64,000 nucleotides of DNA, from the IMG/VR virus record IMGVR_UViG_3300035492_000309, positions 1 through 64,000 of that record; one strand, 5' to 3'. Of this stretch, positions 35,042 to 42,146 are shown piece after piece. The stretch is from a virus. The position numbers and the translations under genes were made by a program. The notes beneath the pieces were generated by a model, which saw nothing but the letters and a program-made list of their open reading frames with translations, was not told where the DNA came from and did not search any database. Position 1 is the first letter of the stretch. Each line of letters starts with the position of its first letter.

Positions 35042-35995
35042 ATGCAGATTAAACTTGTTTGGGAGAACCCCAACGTCACCGCCACGACCACCAAGGTATA
35101 CCGTGGCACCCAGCCTCTGGATCGGGCTAACCTGAGTAACCCACTGGCTACGCTAACTCAGGGTGAGACCACCTGGACCGATGCTACGGCCATCGCTGGC
35201 CAACGGTACTACTACGTGCTGGAAAGCCTGTCGGCGCGTGATCGTGCAGTCTCGCACAACATCGAGGCCTGGGCTTTGCCACGTACGGGTCCTGGCCCCC
35301 AGACCCTGATGGGTGGTGATCATGAAGTCGGTTATTACGGCGACTTGTTATCTGTCAATTTCATCACGCTCACTGGATTGCGCGCAGCGTTGAATTTCAA
35401 TGTAGGCGGTACCGTTATCGACGCGCCAGTATGGATGAAGTTTGCTTACAAGGGCAAAACGTTGTTCATTCCATCACAGCCCCTGGCTTCCGGCATCAGT
35501 TGGAAAGCACTTTACGACGCAGGACTGGTCTACGGGACTAACGATGATGGATCGAGCCTCTACACTGGCGCTAAGGTTAATCAGCGCCGCACCGTCAAGA
35601 TCGGTCTTGAGACTTTTATTGTCCGTCTGATGACAACGGCTGCACCGAGGCCCGACCGCGGCATCGTCTACCCAGGCGGCGCTATTGAACTACCTACGCA
35701 GACAATCGGTTCTGAATGGGATGATCTGATTTATCGGGTGTGTGAATGGGTTCCTTCGACGCAACGTGGTTCGAACTTTGGCAGCAAGACACGAAGTGAC
35801 TTTAACAGCTTTCAACCGTGTCTGACGCAGGAACTTATAGTCGATAATCCTACATCCTGCGTCCTTCGTGGAACAGCCTCATTGGGAACTAAAGGCTCGT
35901 TGTCATACGCTAGCATCCTTCAGATAACGACGGGTGCCCACTGGCGTCCTGTACTGGAACTAATTCCAGACTATCAAGTTAACCTGTCCATCTAA
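35042..35995 (+). CDS. WRPVLEL-family receptor-binding-like protein, copy 2 (FN3-like N-terminus)
   Basis: N-terminus LVWENPNV..TKVYRG...YYYVLES; core GYYGDL...WMKFAYKGKTLFIP..ISWKALYDAGLVYG..VRLMT..SEWDDLIYRV...WRPVLELIP. Confidence 0.65.
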   Translation: MQIKLVWENPNVTATTTKVYRGTQPLDRANLSNPLATLTQGETTWTDATAIAGQRYYYVLESLSARDRAVSHNIEAWALPRTGPGPQTLMGGDHEVGYYGDLLSVNFITLTGLRAALNFNVGGTVIDAPVWMKFAYKGKTLFIPSQPLASGISWKALYDAGLVYGTNDDGSSLYTGAKVNQRRTVKIGLETFIVRLMTTAAPRPDRGIVYPGGAIELPTQTIGSEWDDLIYRVCEWVPSTQRGSNFGSKTRSDFNSFQPCLTQELIVDNPTSCVLRGTASLGTKGSLSYASILQITTGAHWRPVLELIPDYQVNLSI

Positions 35996-36008
35996 GGGGA
36001 ATTAAGAC

Positions 36009-36860
36009 ATGCCTCTCCAATTGACCTGGAAAGACCGTAACCTCTTTTCAGACGGCACGCGTATTTATCGCAGCGAACAGCCCATGAGCCCGGCGGCGCT
36101 GCCAGCGCCTTTGGTCACCCTAGCGCCCGGTGTCATGAGCTACATCGACAATGACGTGGTACAGAACAAACTGTACTACTACATCCTTGAAACGTTCAAG
36201 GGCAACGACAAACTACAGTCGTCTGAACATGTGCTAGGGTCGTTCCCGTACACTGGACCCGGTCGTAATCAACCACTGCGGGGAGACTTCCGCGATGGTT
36301 ATTTCGGCACCTTGACCATGTCGGAGATGTTCACCGATATGGAACTGTACGCGCTCCTGAGTCCAGGTGGCAACAGGTTAGCCAACGCAACCAAATGGTT
36401 CAAGTTTGCATTGGACGGTAAAATCCTGTTCACCCCCGATAACGCCATGGGCGTCGACATGACCTGGAATGCCCTGAACCAGAAGAATCTGGTGTTTGGG
36501 TTTAACGGACCGAACCCACCTGCTCAGGTTGAGAAGAACGGTCATCGTTTTGCGGTCAGACTGTTCACCGGCACTAACAATCCGACTGAAGTCATGTCGA
36601 GTAGCAACCGTCCGACCGATAAAAGCGAATGGGATCGTCTGATCTATCGTATCGTACAAGGTCAGGTTGCCACTGAGGGACCCAAATGGGATGATTTCAC
36701 CCATGCTCAGGCCAATGGCACTAACTTCTTTCTCATGCAGGATCTAGGTGCCAATACTTCTTCTCGAGTTTCCCGTGGCGGGAATGGGGTCAACGGCATT
36801 ACTTCTGCGGCCGCCACCAACCCCGGCCACTGGCGTCCTGTACTGGAACTCATCTTCTGA
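36009..36860 (+). CDS. WRPVLEL-family receptor-binding-like protein, copy 3 (FN3-like N-terminus)
   Basis: LTWKDRNL..TRIYRS...YYYILET; GYFGTL...WFKFALDGKILFTP...VRLFTG..SEWDRLIYRI...WRPVLELIF. Confidence 0.65.
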   Translation: MPLQLTWKDRNLFSDGTRIYRSEQPMSPAALPAPLVTLAPGVMSYIDNDVVQNKLYYYILETFKGNDKLQSSEHVLGSFPYTGPGRNQPLRGDFRDGYFGTLTMSEMFTDMELYALLSPGGNRLANATKWFKFALDGKILFTPDNAMGVDMTWNALNQKNLVFGFNGPNPPAQVEKNGHRFAVRLFTGTNNPTEVMSSSNRPTDKSEWDRLIYRIVQGQVATEGPKWDDFTHAQANGTNFFLMQDLGANTSSRVSRGGNGVNGITSAAATNPGHWRPVLELIF

Positions 36861-36871
36861 GGACATGCGCC

Positions 36872-37318
36872 ATGATCCGTATCTTACTGATCATCTTGGG
36901 TCTTTGCATTTATATCCCAAATACAAATGCCGAGACCATCGAACTCACGTCCATGAATGTGGTCAGGGTTTATGATGGTGACACCATCACCGTCAATCTA
37001 CCGGGTCAGTTGCCCGTCTTTGGTGCAGCACTCGGGGTACGGATCAGGGATGTCAACACCCCAGAGTTAACCAGCACCTGTTCCACAGCTGCCTTGAAAA
37101 CTGCTGAGAAGTTAAAAGCTCAGCAGGCTCGGCAATTAGTGGATGATCTGGTCAGTAAAGGACGCGTCATTGTCCTGTCTGACCTAGGTCGGGACAAGTA
37201 CTTCAGGTTGTTGGCGCGCGTATCGGTAGATGGTACCGATGTGGCCACCCGGCTAATTGAAAGCGGGCTGGCTGACCATTACACCGGTGGGACTAAGGTC
37301 TCCTGGTGCGGTCGGTAA
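36872..37318 (+). CDS. secreted staphylococcal-nuclease (SNase/thermonuclease)-like nuclease
   Basis: Signal peptide MIRILLIILGLCIYIPNTNA; VYDGDTITV, VRIRDVNTPE, GRDKYFRLLARV..DG.DV...LIESGLA. Confidence 0.75.
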   Translation: MIRILLIILGLCIYIPNTNAETIELTSMNVVRVYDGDTITVNLPGQLPVFGAALGVRIRDVNTPELTSTCSTAALKTAEKLKAQQARQLVDDLVSKGRVIVLSDLGRDKYFRLLARVSVDGTDVATRLIESGLADHYTGGTKVSWCGR

Positions 37319-37326
37319 GTGATAAA

Positions 37327-37358
37327 CATACGGAGAGGGCTTAAGCCCTCTCCGTATG
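37327..37358 (+). terminator. 14-bp hairpin plus TATGCCG
   Basis: CATACGGAGAGGGC-TTAA-GCCCTCTCCGTATG then CCGTG. Confidence 0.55.
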
Positions 37359-37408
37359 CCGTGTGAAATGGTATGTACCCTTACCCTTTTCATAATGGAG
37401 ATTGTCTC

Positions 37409-37954
37409 ATGGGCGCTGTTGTTGACGCGTATAACCGGTACGCCGCGAAGATTACAAGCTTGCTTGAAGCAGGGTATACCAGCCTGGTTACTCATGCTGA
37501 AACCGGTAGCTGGTGGCGGGCTCGAATCATGACACTATCGGTCTGGTCGCTAGGCGGTATCCATGGTCCGCCGAGTACCACAGGTCTCCCACCCGATGAT
37601 CTGGGTCAGACTGAGAACATTTACATCCATTTCAAGTTGCCCTTTACCCCTACTGATGATTTTTGTTGTCGTTTGGACATTGACGGTTATCAATACGGTG
37701 GCGGTAAGATTGTACGTGGGCAGTTTTTTGTAGGGCGATTGGCCGGTGTCGTTAACAGTCACGTCCAGGGAACCACTGCACACGGCCCTGCTGTGTATGT
37801 CGACGCCAACGGGTATGTAGTCTGTCGACTGTTCTTCAGCAGTGCCTATGTACTTAATCTGACGGTCTCAGGCTTTGCCGAGAACGATGCGCATCGTGCT
37901 GCTCTGAGCAACATCAGAGCTAAAGCCAGTTTGTCCACCACCCTTACCTTCTGA
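37409..37954 (+). CDS. hypothetical virion-associated protein, tandem paralog A
   Basis: Shares NIYIHFKLP, GYQYGGGKIV, YVDANGYVV and SSAY..NLTV with the next gene. Confidence 0.6.
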   Translation: MGAVVDAYNRYAAKITSLLEAGYTSLVTHAETGSWWRARIMTLSVWSLGGIHGPPSTTGLPPDDLGQTENIYIHFKLPFTPTDDFCCRLDIDGYQYGGGKIVRGQFFVGRLAGVVNSHVQGTTAHGPAVYVDANGYVVCRLFFSSAYVLNLTVSGFAENDAHRAALSNIRAKASLSTTLTF

Positions 37955-37961
37955 GTCAGTC

Positions 37962-38540
37962 ATGAATAGCACTATTTGGACCACCCTTAAAGACAAACTG
38001 AGCAACTACCTCTTTACCGTGCGCAACACCCTGACGCACTATGAGAACCAGAAGTTTATCATTGGGCCTGAAACGGCAATCGGGACCGTGTTTCGCAATG
38101 TCTACCGCCTGATGATCTACAGCATTAATGAAACCACGAAACGGGTCGGTGGCGACCCTGTGGATGTCTCCGGCATCAGTACACAAAACAACGTCTACGT
38201 TCACATTAAGTTGCCAGGGAACATCCAGCTCAATACCTGGATGCATCATGTCCGCGTCCGAGGATATTCTTACGGCTCTGCTAAAATAATTGACTGTACT
38301 TATGTTGGCTATAGTTACAGCCCGACCGGATCGTTCCTCAATCGAGAGGCGATCGGTACGATCACAGTCGATCAGTACACCGATACCAATGGCAATATTG
38401 TTATTTCGTTCCTATTGCCGGTGGCTTATTACACCTCGTTTGAAGTCGAGACCATGAAATGTGGTGTCGGCGCTGGAATTAAACGTGGTATGTTGAAGTG
38501 TAAGCTCTCGACGTCTAACCGGGTAGTGTTTCCAGTTTGA
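37962..38540 (+). CDS. hypothetical virion-associated protein, tandem paralog B
   Basis: NVYVHIKLP, GYSYGSAKII, YTDTNGNIV, VAYYTSFEV. Confidence 0.6.
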   Translation: MNSTIWTTLKDKLSNYLFTVRNTLTHYENQKFIIGPETAIGTVFRNVYRLMIYSINETTKRVGGDPVDVSGISTQNNVYVHIKLPGNIQLNTWMHHVRVRGYSYGSAKIIDCTYVGYSYSPTGSFLNREAIGTITVDQYTDTNGNIVISFLLPVAYYTSFEVETMKCGVGAGIKRGMLKCKLSTSNRVVFPV

Positions 38541-38769
38541 ATGAACAATCTTTCAACCCTACATTGTGTAGGGGAGAAATACCTATTGTATGTACAGGCA
38601 GTGATTCTGTCTAGTGAGGGGGTGATCCAGCTCAGCGATACCCGGTCCGCAAGATGGCCTCGACGGGAAGTCGTAACCTGCGACCACGGCGCCTGTACGA
38701 TGCTCTGCATGGTTTACGCCATGCAGAGCATTTATGCCGGCCGCCTACTCATTTACCTTAGGTAAAACT

Positions 38770-39159
38770 ATGAACGTTGATATTGCACCATTGCTTACCG
38801 CCGTTCGAAACTTTCCCAGCCGAATACGCAATCAGGTCGAAGGTGCTCGCCGTAAAACCTATAGCAAGAACGGTGAGATACACGATGTCAAAGAGTGGTA
38901 TGGGACTACCATGTCGGTCGACGGTGTTTATTCATTCGATATCTCATCTGCTGGGTTCAAGGAAATCCTACACGTCACGCCGGTGGTGGTATTTGATGAT
39001 GAGACATTCAATGCTCAGACATTCGCCTCGCTTAGTCAAGTCTCAACCAAATCTGTGACTGGGCGAATTGTAACTGGTGGGTCGGGTAGTTTTTTCACGT
39101 CGGTAGGGTTTCAAAAACGTAGTGTCGTCACCGTGATGATCAAGGTAGTCGGCATCTAA
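38770..39159 (+). CDS. hypothetical protein
   Basis: ATG 38770 in ORF 38734. Confidence 0.6.
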   Translation: MNVDIAPLLTAVRNFPSRIRNQVEGARRKTYSKNGEIHDVKEWYGTTMSVDGVYSFDISSAGFKEILHVTPVVVFDDETFNAQTFASLSQVSTKSVTGRIVTGGSGSFFTSVGFQKRSVVTVMIKVVGI

Positions 39160-39184
39160 CTACAAACAACGAGGATCAGTTACC

Positions 39185-39598
39185 ATGCGCAATAATACTG
39201 GGGTGAGTGTTGTGTTGGCGGATTCTGAAACTGAGGTAGACGCAATACTGGTCAAACTCGGCGTATCTCACGCGTATCCGTTGAGTCAGATGAGTGGTGA
39301 GGCGTTGAACGACCCTGACCCCGTCTTCTTTGCTGTACTTGCCACACAAGCAAAGATGGACCGTCTGATTCAAATGCTAAGCGTGAGGCGCGGGATTACC
39401 AGCGTTGCTGGCAAACGTAACTTCGTCGGTTTCAATGTCGACTGGATGGGTAAGCTTATGGCGGAACGTGATCTTGACAAGGCAATTGCAGAAGTCACTA
39501 AAGCTCCGGCTCAAGTGACCATGCCCAAGCCTGTCTTGGTTGTACCGTCCGATGAAGAACGCGATGATCCATATGCTGACCTTGGTTATCGGCGATGA
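39185..39598 (+). CDS. hypothetical protein
   Basis: Clean ORF, followed by hairpin plus T-tract at 39604-39653. Confidence 0.65.
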   Translation: MRNNTGVSVVLADSETEVDAILVKLGVSHAYPLSQMSGEALNDPDPVFFAVLATQAKMDRLIQMLSVRRGITSVAGKRNFVGFNVDWMGKLMAERDLDKAIAEVTKAPAQVTMPKPVLVVPSDEERDDPYADLGYRR

Positions 39599-39603
39599 TT
39601 GAA

Positions 39604-39653
39604 CATAGAGCCGGGGTAATCCCCGGCTCTATGCCGCCGCCTTCTTTTTTTTC
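39604..39653 (+). terminator. 13-bp hairpin plus TATGCCG plus T-tract
   Basis: CATAGAGCCGGGG-TAAT-CCCCGGCTCTATG CCGCCGCCTTCTTTTTTTTCTT. Confidence 0.7.
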
Positions 39654-39737
39654 TTGTTCCGTAATTAAAAATTCTGGAGCAATACATTATAAGCGTGATT
39701 AAACTAATGCCAACCATAACCTAGAAGGAATGTATAC

Positions 39738-40313
39738 ATGTCTGTTCAAGATCTGCTGGGTAACGAGGTTACACTCAAGTCCTCCAAAGCTTCAAGTCAT
39801 GAGATTCCGGATGCCCCTATCCTGCCGACTTTTGCCGAAGACGCCGGTTCCCTGGCCCGTGCAAAGGTCCAGGCGCGTGGCGCCAAAGTCAAGCAGGTGG
39901 TGGTGCGTACCTACGTCATCCTGACCCTGCTGTTGCTCGCAGCAATCGGTGCGGGTATCTATTACCTGTACCTTGAGTATTCCAAACCCGGTAAACGTGT
40001 AGTGGACTACCGTCCTTGTGAATACGTCGATGAGAAGCAGAACATCCGTATCACTGGGCGCCGGGAATACTCCTACATGCAGAAGTCCATGTTCGGTCAT
40101 GACTTCCGTCAAAGCGACAACGTTATCGAGACTACGCAGATCGACATCAATGGCAACGCGCTGACGATTGTTGGGCTCGACAACGGGAAGTGGTGGGCTA
40201 TCCCCGTGGGTATGGGCGAGAAAGGCATCCAATTGCTTAAGCCGGCTCACACCTACATCATCACCATGGATAAGAAGGCAGCCGTGATCGATTACACGCA
40301 GTTCTGCCAGTAA
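39738..40313 (+). CDS. single-pass membrane protein
   Basis: AAGGA RBS; transmembrane helix VVVRTYVILTLLLLAAIGAGIYYLYL. Confidence 0.65.
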   Translation: MSVQDLLGNEVTLKSSKASSHEIPDAPILPTFAEDAGSLARAKVQARGAKVKQVVVRTYVILTLLLLAAIGAGIYYLYLEYSKPGKRVVDYRPCEYVDEKQNIRITGRREYSYMQKSMFGHDFRQSDNVIETTQIDINGNALTIVGLDNGKWWAIPVGMGEKGIQLLKPAHTYIITMDKKAAVIDYTQFCQ

Positions 40314-40365
40314 AGTCACCTTATGCTGCCGGGGATTCTCGGCAGCACACCCAGAAGGAACCATC

Positions 40366-40812
40366 ATGAAAACCCTAGCGGTATATCGCGACAAGGAGAC
40401 GACATTCCAGCATCGCACCCGTATAGACTTTCCCTTGGGCGTCAGTCGGCAAACCACCCCCGATGACGTTCATTTTGCTGTCCATGGCAGCATCGATATT
40501 TTTATGGTCTGGCCAGACTATGACGACGGCAGCAATGAAAAGGTCGCCAGCATCAATCGTTATCGCCAGCCCACGTTGATCGGTACATTCAAGCCGGAAG
40601 TCATCAGTCACTTCCCCAATCTACCCATACCCTGGTCTGTCATCGGTATGGTGTGTTACCAACCCACCCATCAGTTCGATGAAAGTCGCATCCTGTGTAT
40701 GGAGTTGGTACCGATCCACTCATTCATTGATCCGGCTGATATCAGCAAGGGCTCCCGACTTCTACGCCTGGGGCACATCCTCGCTGAGATCGCCCCACCT
40801 GACAAGAGCTGA
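40366..40812 (+). CDS. hypothetical protein
   Basis: GAAGGAA RBS; clean ORF. Confidence 0.65.
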   Translation: MKTLAVYRDKETTFQHRTRIDFPLGVSRQTTPDDVHFAVHGSIDIFMVWPDYDDGSNEKVASINRYRQPTLIGTFKPEVISHFPNLPIPWSVIGMVCYQPTHQFDESRILCMELVPIHSFIDPADISKGSRLLRLGHILAEIAPPDKS

Positions 40813-40820
40813 ATATCACC

Positions 40821-41153
40821 ATGGACACACCAACCGTCATCAAATGGCTCCACTCCCCCAGTGGACGTAGTAAGCGCACAGAAGAAGTGCAAGACGGCTG
40901 TTTTGTGTTAGAGCATGATGCCACTGGACGTTTCTATCTAGGGGAGAGCGTCCATGTCAGCAAAGAGGTTGACAAACAACTTTCACAACTGGCGTTAGGG
41001 AAACACCCGCACAAACTGCTCAACGAGCTCTATGCACGCGATTCGGCCATTCGGGTATACGAGTACCCCATGAAGGCCAAGAAAGCGCGTAGCGGGCTTC
41101 TCAAAGAGCTTAAAGCCACTGCCAGCACCGATTACCTTTGCCTTAATCCTTAA
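40821..41153 (+). CDS. stand-alone GIY-YIG nuclease-domain protein (110 aa)
   Basis: GCFVLEHDATGRFYLGESVHVSKEVDKQLSQL..GKHPHKLLNE...IRVYEY fits a GIY...YIG...R...H..N core. No DNA-binding extension. Confidence 0.45.
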   Translation: MDTPTVIKWLHSPSGRSKRTEEVQDGCFVLEHDATGRFYLGESVHVSKEVDKQLSQLALGKHPHKLLNELYARDSAIRVYEYPMKAKKARSGLLKELKATASTDYLCLNP

Positions 41154-41170
41154 CGGGGGAATTCATCATC

Positions 41171-41650
41171 ATGACCGATCTTAATAATCTGGTCCGCCTG
41201 TATTTCGATGCCTGCCGCACCTATGTAGCGAGTCGTTCCGACAAGGTACACATCTTCGTGCGCGTCACCGACCATTTCATCGAGAAGCACCCTGTCCTCA
41301 AGAATGTCATCACCACCATCGATGGGATAGCATTTGTTATCCTCAACATCGGCTATGATGCCGCCCGTGACCTGGAGCACCATGAGCACGGGTTCAGCTT
41401 CATGGCCGCGTTCAAAGGCGAGAAGCACCGTCTGGACATCTGCTACGGGGATGTGATCGGCATGGGCGAACCCGGCCAGGAGTTTCTCTACGACTTCGCT
41501 ACGATTCCGATCACCGGTATCACAGGCGGTGGCATGGCATTGCGCCCCATGACGCACGATCAGCTGTTTGCGGCTGAACAGGAGCGTCAGGAAGTCGAGG
41601 CAGCTGCTCATAGGCTCAGGAAACGTCCGAAGCTGGTAGCGGTGAAATAA
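41171..41650 (+). CDS. SspB-like ClpXP specificity-enhancing adaptor
   Basis: Core FVILNIGYDAARDLEHHEHGFSFMAAFKGEKHRLDICYGDVIGM aligns with E. coli SspB IVLNIAPRAVGNLELANDEVRFNARFGGIPRQVSVPLAAVLAI. C-terminus RKRPKLVAVK compares with the SspB ClpX-binding tail GGRPALRVVK. Confidence 0.55.
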   Translation: MTDLNNLVRLYFDACRTYVASRSDKVHIFVRVTDHFIEKHPVLKNVITTIDGIAFVILNIGYDAARDLEHHEHGFSFMAAFKGEKHRLDICYGDVIGMGEPGQEFLYDFATIPITGITGGGMALRPMTHDQLFAAEQERQEVEAAAHRLRKRPKLVAVK

Positions 41651-41659
41651 GGGTCGGTC

Positions 41660-42142
41660 ATGAACGAGATGTTGTCGCTGGAAGATAAAGAGTATTTCGA
41701 AGCATACCTGACTCACGGCAGTCAGGTTTTACTCCCGGTCGCCCATAGCGAAGGGTTGAGTAAAGAAGAAATCGAACAGACCATCACCACGGCGGTAATT
41801 CCAGTCTACGGCCAGTGGCCAAAGCGCGATACCAGCCAGTATCCCAACCTCATTGATCTGTTCGATCGTCGTAAACCGTTCGTTCTGGGTGAGCTGCATG
41901 CCAAGGCGCTGGTAAAAGTAGAAGAAAGGTGGGTATTAGATGCCACAGTTCACTACCATGCCGGTGACCTGGTCGACACCAGTGCATTGATGATGATGCA
42001 GTTGATGGTCAACACCGTCGACCGCGACCCTAACGACCCGACACAAGGGCGTAAGCTCATTGGAATCTCCAAAGCCGTGGTAGTGCCTAATCCGGCATTG
42101 CCAATCGGACATTCCCAAGAGCGTCCCAGTTACCAGGAGTAA
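41660..42142 (+). CDS. hypothetical protein
   Basis: Clean ORF between the SspB-like gene and the ligase. Confidence 0.65.
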   Translation: MNEMLSLEDKEYFEAYLTHGSQVLLPVAHSEGLSKEEIEQTITTAVIPVYGQWPKRDTSQYPNLIDLFDRRKPFVLGELHAKALVKVEERWVLDATVHYHAGDLVDTSALMMMQLMVNTVDRDPNDPTQGRKLIGISKAVVVPNPALPIGHSQERPSYQE

Positions 42143-42146
42143 CCTA

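Noticed and set aside
39634-39737. Sigma70 promoters in the AT-rich spacers (39634-39737, 45753-45916, 48342-48470); the shared strings GAGCAATAC and TACATTAT were noticed
   Set aside because: I could not find consistent -35/-10 pairs with proper spacing. The shared strings are short. These spacers are left as unannotated possible promoter regions.
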